Source of the DNA: Octopus vulgaris
Taxonomy: Eukaryota
Length of the DNA stretch: 64,000 nt
Assembly: GCA_951406725.2 (NCBI GenBank)
Contig: OX597814.1
Location: forward strand, 93,496,001-93,560,000
Direction of reading: 5' to 3'
The position numbers and the translations under genes are program-made. Under the pieces are notes generated by a model. The model had not been told where the DNA came from, did no database searches, and saw only the letters and a program-made list of their open reading frames with translations. This document shows, piece by piece, positions 14,096-27,475 of this stretch. Numbering within the stretch: the first letter of the stretch is position 1; the number at the start of each line of letters is the position of its first letter.

Positions 14096-14984
14096 TCAAC
14101 TACATATGTGGAAAATCGGTGTGTGTTTGTTTATGGCGTTGTTAGCTAATCCTCCTACATCATTTTATTGATTTTGCTGAAACTTGACACTTGAATAGAG
14201 CTCATGTATGGAAACCTCGTGACATACTTAGATTGTTGAAAAAATCGATAATAGGGGCCTTCCAATGGATCCTTCTATCTACTACATATTACTAATATTT
14301 TATTTAAACAACCCAAGGGTAATAAGCCATACCAGCTGCAGATTTTAGCGAAGCTTTCAATATTTGATTCTCACAATCAGCCGACCTAATTCTGCATTTC
14401 ACTGCTCACAGTTTTGAACTGCTGAACATTATTATTGCACTTCCATGATTTGAATCTTAAACCTTAAAGACTTCATTCATACATTTCTATACATACATAC
14501 TTGCCCATTACCCCGATAATTCTGCATTTTTACAGTTACACTTTTCCATGGCAATAGATGATTTTTTTTTATTTCACAGCGTATTTGTTGTGGCTTCATG
14601 CAGGCATAACGTGAATTTGATTGCCAAATTTCACTTAACACTTCAACAGCGCTTTTCTCATGGTAAAACAATAATTTTTCTGTGAATGACAGCAGTTAAA
14701 CATTTCCCAGATGCCTCCGTTAAGCACAATAATGTCTTTGCCTCTCGCCAACCTCCGACAACCTCTCTCACCAACGTCCGACAATCTTTCTCGCCAACCT
14801 CTGAAAACCTCTCTCGTCAACCTCCAACAATCTCTCCCTCCTCCAGCTGACAGTATTTTGTACTTTTTCGTGACGGAAAATACACCTTTTTGTGGCAGTT
14901 ATAACAAAATTGCTTTCTTATATCAGAATAATAAGGCGTTCCAAGAGAACATCTTTACCCGGGAATTACCGGGTACACCAGCTA

Positions 14985-14985
<1 letters not shown>
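14096..14985 (+). mobile_element. Non-autonomous Helitron
   Basis: 5' TC start (tcaactacatat). Subterminal hairpin tacccgg/ccgggta at 14956-14975. Ends CTAG (14982-14985) followed by T. Confidence 0.7.
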
Positions 14986-15057
<72 letters not shown>

Positions 15058-15430
15058 TATTACAAACAACTTTCTTTGAAACAGAAATATGTCAATGCTG
15101 TAGATTAATACATATTTTGATAATAATTCTGCCCATCCCTTGCCAAGCCAGAGAATGAGCCGGTCGAGGAACTCCTAGAGTTTGCTTAGTCCACTATACA
15201 AGCTGGTAAATCAGGTCCAAAAGTGCCGCCATGGTCGAACGGCGGCCTCGCATCCTCACCTCTAAGATACGTAGCCGTAACCATCAAGACTGACCTCGGG
15301 ATAATCAACCGCTATAACAACAAACACGTAAAGGCAGGCACAGTCGACTAACTACAAATAGCGGCGATATCATCAATACAATCACGCTTTATCATGTAGG
15401 TAGCACATAGTTTCGTCAAATGATATATTA

Positions 15431-15672
15431 AGGTGGCGAGCTGGCAGAAACGTTAGCCCGTCGGGCGAAATGCGTAGCCGTATTTCGTCTGCTGTTACGT
15501 TCTGAGTTCAAATTCCGCCGAGGTGGACTTTGCCTTTCATTTTTTCGGGGTCGATAAATTAAGTACCAGTTACGCACTGGGGTCGATATAATCGACTTAA
15601 TCGGTTTGTCTGTCCTTGTTTAGCCCCTCTGTGTTTAGCCCCTTATGGGTAGTAAAGAAATAGATATATTTC
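15431..15672 (+). mobile_element. tRNA-derived SINE, family A
   Basis: ggtggcgagctggcagaa head, B-box GAGTTCAAATTC, central gactttgcctttcat..tcggggtcgataaattaagtaccag. Many homologues in the window. Confidence 0.85.
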
Positions 15673-15724
15673 ACGTGAATAAAAGAAAGCAAGATCACTA
15701 CTAAAACTCTTTTTGATCATAGTT

Positions 15725-15900
15725 TTATTCGTTCATTTGAAGATACACCATCTGACTGCGGTTATGCTGGAGCACCGCCTTTATTCTTTGTAAGCCTAAT
15801 ACTTGTTCTATCGGTAATTTTTCCCGAACCGCTAGCTTACGGGTGCGTAAACACACCAACATCGGTTGGCAAGCAATAATGGGGGACAAGCATAGACACA
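15725..15900 (-). mobile_element. SINE family B, 3' half
   Basis: gactgcggttatgctggagcaccgcctt...cgtaaacacaccaacatcggttg is the reverse complement of the family B tail. Confidence 0.7.
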
Positions 15901-16136
15901 CGCGCGCGCGCACACACACACATAGTTGAGACAGACAAACTTATTTAAATATTAATTTATGTAGTCACACAATACCTCAGACTCATTTGCATACATAGAA
16001 AGACTATTCCCACCTTAATATCTTCTATTATAATTATAATGAATATTAATCATAGTTACTTAAACACATGCAATTATTTGGAAATACTTATACGCAATAT
16101 CTCATGACTACTAATAAGCGAATAGTACAAAGACGC

Positions 16137-16216
<80 letters not shown>

Positions 16217-16339
16217 GCCTGTCTGTCTGTCTGTCTAGATAATGGGTATCTATATGTATGCGTATTATACAGTATTATGATAAGCTCCCTTATAACGTGA
16301 GAATAAATATACATACGCATATATATACATATATATAAA

Positions 16340-18640
16340 CAGATACATAATGGCTTAAGCCCGATTTTGAGTGATGTTTTCACTGGCTTGCTCTCTTAAA
16401 CATGGGGAGCACGAATGTGGCTTTTCAGTCCAGCTACAAACTTAAAACTCTTGTGCGCAGATATGGCAACGATGGCTGCCTCTTACAGTAGGTGTTATAG
16501 TATTGTTTTGGCGAACCTTTACATGACAGTTCAGTCCGCTTCTAGTACACATTCTTTGCTACACTCTCTGCAAGTAGAGATGCCGTACAATGAACAGGTA
16601 AGAAGTTCTCGGTGTCTGGCCATACTCTTTTACATGTTGAATCGGGCGCTATGCCAACATACTGAGATAAATCAACATCAAGTCACTTACGAACACTTCT
16701 CTCTCTCTCTCTTGAATTTTTCATACTCGATACGATTTCGCTCGAATTTCTTCCTCCCATCATGAATTTCTTCCTCCCATAGCAAAGTTTTTCTATCCAT
16801 TTCCCAAGATTTGGCCTTCTCCAGTGTGTTCTTGATACTATTCTTATAACTTAATTTTGGTTTGTGCTTTGGTTTTTTATTTTGGGCTAAATCAACATAC
16901 AGAAACTATTTGGGGGATCTGATCATCTTTCACCTTGACCACATAACTATTCCATCGTAATCGGTGCTCAATTACTAGAGACTATATACTGGAAAACTGA
17001 TTGTATTCGAGGACTCCAGCGCCACTAATATACATTTGCCATAAGATATCCAATAAACGGCGTCAAAAATATTTCTGTCTTTATATTTCATTTGTTTCAC
17101 TTACTGGACTAGGCTATAGCAGAAGACACTTGCCCAAGGTGCCACACAGCGAACTGAATACAAAACCGCGTATTTGCGAAGCGAATCTCTTAACCACACA
17201 GTCACGTTTGGTGAAATTGCTCCAGTCTTTTCATGTCTCTCGTAACTCACGTTTCACATGCATATACCAACAAAAAGTTAAACACAAGAATTCTAGACAT
17301 TTAGCTTTGTCTCATTTAAAACTCTATGCCGAGACCATAAACGTCTATCAAATTTTCCGAATGAATCACCGACTTTCTTGATTCGGAAGGTCTCATCATC
17401 AGGAGTATTTGTCATGCCTAAATATACATGAAGCACTTTTTGTCTACTCACATAAGTTTTGGCTCAGATTTAGCTTCATCTGGTGCAGATTGGTGCACTA
17501 AGATTGACATTTTAGGCTGTTGGTTAGACCCAGTGCACAGCATGGTGTCGGGGAGGAGGCCAAAAGAAGCTGCATGTCACTCTGGGAGTGAGCAAAAAGA
17601 TCACAATCGTCAGTATGTAGGAAATACGAATTTATGCATTAGTGATGACAACAGATTTGTTATGGTAGGAAACCGTTTTATATTCAATATTCTACCAATT
17701 TTTCAGTATCTGGTCCCATGCAAGAAATCTTCAACAGCCATCAAACAAACTATAGCAAAGTGCAATGCCAGCAGATTTGGCACTGGTATCTTCCCTTCTT
17801 TAACACCATTTTCAGCCAAAATTTGATTAGAGAGCTTTCCACCCATGTTGATACATGTTTTCATTCCATCACGGAAACATCTAAGCAATTAGACAGACTC
17901 ACTACAATACCTTGCCTCTTCGGAATGCTACATTAAGAATTTCCACTTGCGGTATCAAAAGCCATAGTCAGATTAACATTAGCTTGACACATAGTACATA
18001 GCTTGACACAGGTACATCTGCTTAATTCCTTTTTCCTGTAGTTTCCAAATAGTAACGATCATATCTGCTGTACCATGTTATTCATGAAATCACACTGAAA
18101 CTCAGGAAGGACCTCGTTAGCGATGCCTTTTAAAAATCTGCCCAGCCTGATCATACACAACACATTGTCTACAGCGGAGATATTCCACAGTAAATCCAGC
18201 AGTCATCCTCCCCACCTTTCTGTTTATAGAGAACTATCATCAGCGCATCTTTCCAATGACTTGAGACGCTCTCTTCAATCCAAATATTTTGCATTTATTT
18301 CGCCGTTGAAGTAGTTTTCACTTCCACATTTCAAGGTCTCACAAGAGAATGCATCTAATCCAGACGACTCACCACTATTTAGCTTTTTGCCGCCATTTTA
18401 GCTTCAAGGAAAAGAGTTTCTACCATGCGTTCTGTTGTAAGCATGCTGAGAATCAATCCAACAAATTCATTATCAACATTTAAAGGCTCATTTAAAGATC
18501 GTTAAAATGTTCTCTGCATCAGACAGGAATATCCTTAGAATCTATGAGCAATTTCTTTCCTTTCAGAGTACGAAGAGGAGCAACAGAAGAGGAAGATGGC
18601 ACACAAACTTCCTATAACTAGTTATACAGATGCTTCGTAT
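16340..18640 (-). pseudogene. Decayed RTE-clade LINE (RT and C-terminal C2H2-like fingers), interrupted by a SINE at about 17085-17205
   Basis: Minus-strand peptides RDGMKTCINMGGKLS...NGVKEGKIPVPNLL (RT GVKQG-like), HRLRW...DDQIP, and CRECSKEC / ICAQEF..LKSH-like fingers. Many stops and frameshifts. Confidence 0.75.
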
Positions 18641-18724
18641 AGTTGGAATCAGATAAAACGATGACGACGATAAGAACAACAACAACAACAGTAGCAGCAA
18701 TAGTAATAGTAGTAGTAGTAGTAG

Positions 18725-19172
<448 letters not shown>

Positions 19173-19192
19173 GTATTATTATTATTATTATT

Positions 19193-20370
19193 CAGTAGTT
19201 TTATTTTTATAGCGTGCTTTCACTTCACTACCGAGCGCAGCTCTGTGTGCCTTGGGTATGTGCTGTGATTTGTTGTGATGCTCTGATGGTTATTGTATGG
19301 AAAGTGTTCTGCGTAGGATGTGTGCAGTGCCTAGTAGTGCAATTTTCTGTATGTTATATGTGTTTGTAAGTCCTGGTGGTTTTGTTATGTATTTGTCTGA
19401 ATATTTTTTTATCATGCCTAATGCACCTACTATGATAGGAATTGTTTCTGTTTTCAGGTTCCACATTCTAGTTATCTCTATTTCCAGGTCTTTGTATTTT
19501 GAGAGTTTCTCCATTTCTTTTAGAGACACGTTGTCATCTGCCGGTATTGATACATCAATTAGAAAGCATTTTTTTCTTCATGATCTCTGACAACTATATC
19601 TGGTCTGTTGGCCTTAATTTCTCTATCTGTGTGTATCGGCATATCCCAGAGTATGGTTGCTTTCTCGTTTTCTGTGACCTTTTCTGGTGTGTGCCTATAC
19701 CATCTTTTTTTCTGTTGTTATTCCATAATGTTGGCATAGCTTCCTATGTATGTAGGTTCCAACTCTGTCATATCTGTGAATATATTCCTTCTTAGCCAGG
19801 ACTGGGCAGCTAGAGATAATATGATTTATTGTTTCTTGTCCATCTCCACATATTCTGCAGTTACTTGTAATATTTCTTTTCATTACATGTTTTTGGTAAT
19901 TTCTGGTGGGGAGGCTTTGGTCTTGTGCTGCAATTAAAAATCCCTCTGTTTCTGCTTTGAGTCCTGAGCTTCTCAACCATTGCTGGGATTTTTCTTTGTC
20001 TATTTCTTTTGCGTTTAGTTTAGTGCAGTATTTACCATGAAGGGGCTTTTCTTGCCATCGTTTTATCATGGCTCGTTGCTGTTCTATTTTAGTTTGGATT
20101 TCATTTGTTTTATAGCTTTTGTTGTTTCTTCATCATCTTCTTCTTCTTCTTTGTGTTTATTAGGTGGTATGATTTCTTGTTTGTATTTGTCAGCTTCCTT
20201 AAATACTGAGAACAGTTTTTTGTTTTGCTCGTGTTTTGCTGCTATCTGGATCAGTTTTCCTTCCTTCTGAAGTAGGTATTTTTGCAGTCCTATGGTGGTT
20301 ATTTTATAGTAGTTTTCCAGCTGTATAAGGCCTCTACCACCTTCTATACGTTGTATATATAGTCTTTTAC
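19193..20370 (-). mobile_element. 5'-truncated R4/Dong-clade non-LTR retrotransposon (RLE type) in (TAA)n
   Basis: Frameshifted ORF: RLYIQRIEGGRGL (RT end), LKAETEGFLIAAQDQ, CRICGDGQETINHIISSC (CCHC), HRYDRV, then EKLSKYKDLEIEI..IPIIVGALG (RLE). Stop at 19290, 3' UTR to 19193. (TAA)n on both flanks. Confidence 0.9.
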
Positions 20371-20434
<64 letters not shown>

Positions 20435-20467
20435 TGAAGTAGTAGTAGTAGTGATAATAATAATATT

Positions 20468-20501
<34 letters not shown>

Positions 20502-20611
20502 GTAATAATAATAATAATAATAATAGCTGGACCCGTGAAAAATTCACGGAAAACAAAAAATGTACGCATCTTTAAACAATACACTGTTGCCATGAGAAAT
20601 GTTTGTATATT

Positions 20612-20765
20612 ATGACCGTCTATCTTTACGTTCTGAGTTCAAATTCTGCCGAGATCGACTTTGCCTTTCCTCCTTTCGGGGTCGATAAATTAAGTATCGG
20701 TTATGTACTGGGGTCGATCTAATCAACTGACCTCCTCCCCACAAAAGTTTCAGGCCTAGAAAAGT
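20612..20765 (+). mobile_element. SINE family A, 5'-truncated
   Basis: tacgttctgagttcaaattctgccgagatcgactttgcc...ggggtcgat. Confidence 0.75.
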
Positions 20766-22200
20766 ATACTGTAATAGTTACAGAATATAGAAAGTAATGT
20801 AACACCAATGACTATGTAATCCAACCAAAATATCTCAGTTTCAAAAACATAAACGGAATTATTATTTATCCTTAAAATACATCGTACATATTCAAAGAAC
20901 CTTAATGTACAAATTGAAATGCAAAAGAACAAATAATAAATAGATTTATGAATGAAAGTTTGGTAATTGCGTTTATTTCCACCACGCGACACTTATTGCA
21001 AACATGTTTAACTAACCTAAACTATACACACGCACAAATACATTCATATATATGTATATATATGCCTAGAGTTGTAGCTGTAATTCTGTGTGAGGCTGAA
21101 TTTCCATGTGAAGAACGTTAATGTTACTCTTGTCAGTGGAGTACTCAGCCAGTTGTGAGTTAATTTTATCGTCGTGTGGTAATGAAAAGTGAAATTGACA
21201 GCCAATATTTGCTGATTTTTGTATCTAAGAACTTTTCTTTGTATCTACTGTCTTCTCACTTTCTATCTTTCTCTTTCACTTCCTTTGTGTCCCTCTCTCT
21301 CCCGTTTTTTATTTAACAATGTGTTTATGTATCTATGTATCAACTTCTCTTCCGATGTGATAAACATTTAAAAACACAAAACGAACGCCGTCACTACTCA
21401 CCGGCTCTTTCACACTCTCTCTTTCTCTCTCACCTTTTCTCTCTTTCACTCTCTTTCTTTCTCTCTTACATCCTCTCTGAAACATTTAAAAGTGCCGTCG
21501 CCACTCACTGTCTCTTTTTCACTCTCTCACTTTCTCTCTCTCCCTTTCTCTCTCTCTTTCTCACTCTCTCTCTCTTCCTTCCTCTCTGTCTCCTTCTCTC
21601 TCGCTTTGTCACTTCTTTGTAGTAAGTGTGACGCACACAACAGGTACGTGCAAAAACAAAAAGTTAGCGTATTAATATTATTGATAATATATTGTTAATA
21701 AAACTGCCGTGAAATACATCCATTCCACGTGTTTTATTATCTGTGTGTTTCTCTCAAAGTAACAGTATTTGTTTCAAAACATTTTCACACAAAGAATTTT
21801 GTCAAATACAAAAACTACATACATATATGCATACAATCTCCAACATTCTCTCTTTCTGACACACACGCCCTTGCGCGCATACACAAACACATATACAGTA
21901 AATGATTACTAACGGTAGAATTCGAAGTAGATAAAGTTCTAAATTATAATATACAGAATATTGGGCTACCTGGATATATGACTTTTCTTTCCATTCGAGA
22001 TTCTTTGGGGCCAATATTCTACCTTTTACTATTTACAGTTTTATCATCTTCGAGTTACACCGATAAAACAATTTGTTTCCGATCTTACAAAGTTTCTATG
22101 AGACAATAGAATGTAACCCCCCCACATACACACATGCACACACGCAGACACGCATATAGAAACTTGTATGTTTGTCTGACTTTCTGTCTGTCTCTTTCTT

Positions 22201-22231
<31 letters not shown>

Positions 22232-22302
22232 GTACGTACGTACATATATATGTATGTAGATATATGTATGTGTGCATACACATATATGTACACAAGAGAA
22301 GC

Positions 22303-22611
22303 TTGGGTGTGTTCTACTATAGCCTGGGGCCGACCAAAGCCTTGTGAGTGGATTTGGTAGACGGAAACTGAAAGAAGCCCATCGTATATATGTATACATG
22401 TATATATGTATATATGTGTGCGTGTTTGTACCGCCAACATCGCTTGACAACCGATGCTGGTGTGTTTACGTCCCCGTAACTTAGCGATTCGGCAAAAGAT
22501 ACTGATAGAATAAGTACAAGGCTAACAAGGAATAAGTCCTGGGGTTGATTTGCTCAACTAAAGGTAGTGCTCCAGCATGTCCACAGTCAAATGGCTGAAA
22601 CAAATAAAAGT
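22303..22611 (+). mobile_element. SINE family B, 5'-truncated
   Basis: High similarity to 27290-27690, including the internal TA/TG tract. Confidence 0.85.
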
Positions 22612-22689
22612 AGCACACTTATTAAGCATGCCGAAATCGCATGGATTGTATGCATTACATGAATCTGTTGCATTCAAACAATAATCAAA

Positions 22690-23090
22690 ATACTCATAAA
22701 GCAGGCGACAAAATTCATTATATAGCAAACCTCTAATAACTAATAGTGTGAAATGCAACAAGGACACTAAAATAAAAAATTTTGTGATCAATATAAACTT
22801 CATAACAAACTACAAATGACGAATGTGATTTGTAAATTCGAAACCAGAAAGTTATGAACTTCTCAATTCCAACAACCCTTTTGCAAATTTCACTCTCTCC
22901 TGTCGATTCACTATGCACTTAAAAAACAAGGAGCAATTGTGATTCTCTATACATCTATACTCCACAGAATTCCAAACAAAAATATTGATTAATGATAGAA
23001 GGAATATGGCTCTTGTTGGTTCATCGTACATTTACAACAAGCAACAATTGTAACGCATTAATCCACACAACCCAAAACTAAATTAAGAAG
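22690..23090 (+). pseudogene. Highly decayed PLE GIY-YIG endonuclease remnant
   Basis: Peptide remnants TNVICKFE, LSCRFTMHL..(Q)GAI and NPKLN appear in the order expected for a PLE GIY-YIG domain. Heavily frameshifted. Confidence 0.4.
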
Positions 23091-23543
23091 AAATATGTTC
23101 GTGGGCAACACATCTATATTCTAAAGGATATAAAATAATAATTGTGACATGAAAAAAACAATAATCATTACACAGCACAATTATAAAATAAACACAAACA
23201 ATATAAACTAGACAACCACAAAATCAAACAGCGGATTGACGATGTATAAACTAATGATCAACATTCAAAATCCTGTGCTAATGTTTACATCAATCACATT
23301 GCCTCTACCGATAATAAAACGGTAGAAACATTACTTCATCATGCAGATGAGACATTGAAGACTTAGGGGATTTTAGGAACTTTTAATGTTCCACACAAAC
23401 TGCGAATAACGCATACGAAAATATGAAAAAAACCTTGGTAAAAAAGATAAAACTCAAACACTCAGTCGTGTTTTCAATATAGCAGACACATTCACTCATA
23501 CCTGTTCATTACACATAAGCTCCTAACCGTACATCCATAAGTG

Positions 23544-23612
<69 letters not shown>

Positions 23613-23930
23613 GTATGTATGTAGGTATGTTTGTATGCATATATGTATGTATGTGCATGAGTGGGGGGGGGGGGCGTTTGTGTGTATGAGTGTATGTGTG
23701 CCAACCTACACACATACTCACACATACATACATACATACATATATATATATATATAATAAATATTAGGGAATAAATCCAAATTTACAGGGAAAAATCAGA
23801 TTTAGGATTAAATCCAATTTTATAGTAAAATATTATATAATATTAATTAGAGACAAATCACTATTTTGCAAAACAAACAGGGAAAGACTTAATCAATACA
23901 TAAAATTTTAATAAAAAGTCAAAAAAACCG

Positions 23931-23973
23931 CCACTACAATTGTTTCTTGTCCTGATCGACAATCTTCAGGTGG
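23931..23973 (-). ncRNA. Minimal type-I hammerhead ribozyme
   Basis: Minus strand: CCAC-CUGAAGA-UUGUC-gaucag-GACAA-GAAA-CAAUUG-UA|GUGG. Stems I and II are fully Watson-Crick, stem III is the palindrome ACAAUUGU, cleavage triplet GUA. Confidence 0.9.
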
Positions 23974-24763
23974 ACTTCCAATCTAAAATATCAATATTTT
24001 AAAATATAAAAAATAATAATTTTAAAATAATTAAAGTATCAATGAAAAAATATAAATATATAATCTATATATAACCTATATATAATCCATATATAATCAA
24101 TATATAAACAATATATAAACTAAAATAAACCTATCAACAATTAAATATAAATATAAATATAAATATAAAACAAAATAAAAATAAAAATAAAAATAAACTA
24201 TATATACACCCATACACATATAACTAATTATATATAACCATATCTAAATACATACACTAAATCGCACACCTATATATATATCCCTATACATACACATAAA
24301 AACGTCTAGGCAACGATAAATAAATAAAATAGCCAAATACTTCAACACAATACTTATTCATACTCCCTCACACACACATACAACCCACATTCATAAATAA
24401 TATACGTATACCCGCTCACACATACATATACAAACATACAGAACTCGATATATACACCAATATATTCACACCCACAACTATACAGATAAATAAATTACGC
24501 AAATAATCCCCCCCACACACACACACCCATTCACACATACATAAACACTCAAAAGCAAAATAAATAATTCTTTGCACTTGTTGATCGAACGTTTTTTTTA
24601 AAAATTATAAATGGAATAATATATAATCAACTTAAATATACAGAATCTACTACAAAACACCAATAAACGATCATAATAAATGAAACCCACATACATATTA
24701 TGATAAAACTCCCCCTACCATACACAATTACACCTATATAGCAAACCCATATACACATTCACT

Positions 24764-24873
24764 AAATGATGTTCGTTTCCAGAGCGGGAATACTTCTTAT
24801 ACATATGTAAGGTTCCTATGGTAACCCCACATATGTACAAAAAACATTCCCGCTCTGGAAACGAACATCATTT
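24764..24873. repeat. Hairpin with perfect 28-bp arms
   Basis: aaatgatgttcgtttccagagcgggaat (24764-24791) pairs with attcccgctctggaaacgaacatcattt (24846-24873). Inner tacatatgt/acatatgta also pairs. Confidence 0.9.
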
Positions 24874-24953
24874 TTTTTGACTTTTTATTAAAATTTTATG
24901 TATTGATTAAGTCTTTCCTTGTTTGTTTTGCAAAATAGTGGTTTGTCTCTAAT

Positions 24954-25029
<76 letters not shown>

Positions 25030-25030
25030 C

Positions 25031-25933
25031 GGTGTTTCATCCTGAAATATAGCGTTTCCCTCCGGAAACAGTTCCGCATCCATAGGATGAATTTGATCCG
25101 ATAAAATGCTTAAGTAGTCTTGAGAATTAATTCTGCCATAAAGAGAAACCATTGGGTCGGCGGATTTCCATGATATAGCTTCCCTCCCGATCACCACAGA
25201 CCTCCTCCATGTTTAACTGTTGGAAAAAGGCAGTCTGAGTCAAATGCTTTTTTTGGATGTCTTCACACGTATACTCGGCCGGTGGTCGGAAATAAGGTAA
25301 AGGATGACTCGTCCGAGAAAATAGCATTTTCCCACTGTTTTTACTCCTCTCTAAACGCTTTGCAACGTTTGTTTTTGGAAGTAGTGGTTTTCTGATTGCA
25401 GTTTTCCCTTGAAATCCGGCTTTGTACAGCTCCCGGCGAATAATTTTTGAGGAAACTGGGTTCTAAAGGTGATCATTAAGCTCTGCAGTAATTTTGGGAG
25501 CTGTACTTTTTTGATCGTTTCTAACAATTCGCATAAGAGTCAGATGGGTCCCCATCTGAAAGTTTTGGTTTTCTTCCGGAGTTTTGTTTCGACGAGGAGG
25601 TTTTTCCCTCTTTCTCAGAGGCTGTCATTACTTTCGAGACAGTATTCCTTGATACACCAAGCATGTCTGCTGTTTTCGTTACTCTAGCGCCTGCCATACG
25701 AGCACCAACAATTTGGCCTTTTTGAAAGACCGATAGATCTGTCATTTTAATGAATCTTATTTACCTTTATCTGATGACATCTGAAAAGAAACATCAATTT
25801 TAGCAAAACATATTAAGGAACGCTTATGATAAATCAAAAACATATAAATAAACAATCTATTGACGGTTTTATAGATATTTCAAAATTATGATGTTATGAT
25901 GCTAGTTGTTTCCATTATTTTGTCCAACCCCTA
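25031..25933 (-). mobile_element. Tc1-like DNA transposon, 5' half (dead transposase)
   Basis: TIR-like (c/t)aggggttggacaaaataatggaaaca next to TA. MTDLSVFQKGQIVGARMAGA...SGRKPKLS (paired-like HTH), FSDES region, ...GRINSQDYLSILSDQIHP..FPEGNAIFQD, where it is truncated. Confidence 0.88.
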
Positions 25934-26445
25934 TATATATATATATATGCATGCACACTCATATATTGGGTTATATATCTTGTATTTGTTCAACTAGTCT
26001 CTCTCTGACACATGTTTGTATGTATTTATGCACCTCTGACCTGCCATGTAAATAGACGTCTTATATTCGGTATTTTGCTGATTTTTTCTCTGTCTCTTGC
26101 CTCTCAATTATTTTCTTCCCTTTGTCAAAGAGTATCAACTGAAACGTTAAATTCTTTTCTTTTTCTCCCCTTGGCTTATTTATATTTATTCTACACACCT
26201 TTGATTGTTGTCTCTGCTTTATATTTCTACTCTTTTTCATATACGAGCTTTCACTTGTCTGATTGCACGTATCATTTCTTTGTTTATCTTACTTGTGTTA
26301 TATATATACAAAATTTGCCTATACATGTATACATTCACACACACACACACAAACACACACACACATATATATATATACATACATACGTACATACGGACAC
26401 ACATACACACATATTTACTCACACACACACACACATATATGTATG

Positions 26446-26510
<65 letters not shown>

Positions 26511-27039
26511 GTATATATAGATAGAGATACAGGGGGAGAGAGAAGTGAGAGAGAGAGAGAGAGAGTGAGTAGGAGATAGAGACAAATGCGAGGAACAAAC
26601 GAATATACGTAGTAAGGTTTGTGGATTGGTGAACATTTGTGTAGAATTTATTGATTTATTGGATATCTATTTGTCGTCCGAACGACCGCATAGGAGCGAG
26701 AAACTCGGAGCTTCGAATAAACGAATATGTCGCAAAGAGATTTTCTTAGCCTCTAGGCCAGAATATATCTTAGTAGGGAAATGAGATTAAAAGATATTCA
26801 TACACCTTTGAAGTGGATTCATGACATGAATGGGGAAGGCAGAAGCTGCTTAGGTACTTAATTTCCATCAGGTTTTTTTGTTTTTATATTTTATGTTACT
26901 ATGTTTTAGCATTTTTTGTAAATTTATTTTTTCATTTCATTCAGTCTCTTTCCTGTTTTGTTATTGCAATCTTCCATTCGTTTCATTCGTTCAAATGTCT
27001 TTCCCATCTCTACTCCATTTATTTCCATTTTTCTTTTAT

Positions 27040-27382
27040 AAATATTTATTTTCTCTCTTATTCATCGAGTGTCTCTTTCATTCCATATTTGTCACTCAGC
27101 CTGTATTTCTCATCCATCCTACTTTTCTCATTCACTCCTTATCTCTCATTCATTCTTTATTTCTCATTCACCATATATATTTCATTCATTTTATATTTCT
27201 CATTCATTCTCTATTTTCAGGACTGGATGTGTGGTAAGTAGCTTGTTTACCAGCCACATGGTTCCGGGTTCAGTCCCAGTGCATGGCACCTTGGTCAAGT
27301 GCCTTCTCCTATAGCCTCGGGTCGACCAAAGCCTTGTGAGTGGATTTGGTAGACGGAAACTGAGAGAAGCCCGTCGTATATA

Positions 27383-27475
<93 letters not shown>

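Larger units (their letters stand above)
23756..24958 (-). mobile_element. PLE-type terminus with hammerhead, terminal hairpin and inverted partial pLTR
   Basis: HHR at 23931-23973. 24873-24958 is the reverse complement of about 23840-23927, the sequence just 3' of the predicted cut. Hairpin 24764-24873 lies at the junction. Confidence 0.7.

Noticed and set aside
17368-17406. Minus-strand CTGATGA...GAAAGTC
   Set aside because: Stems are out of register and it lies inside RTE coding remnant.
21480-21650. Possible exon ending at the donor-like CAG|GTACGT (about 21643)
   Set aside because: A single splice-like motif with no supporting ORF or transcript evidence.
23350-23392. gaca-TTGAAGA...GAAC-tttta-atgtt downstream of a PLE remnant
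   Set aside because: The position is suggestive but both core boxes are mutated. Too decayed to call.
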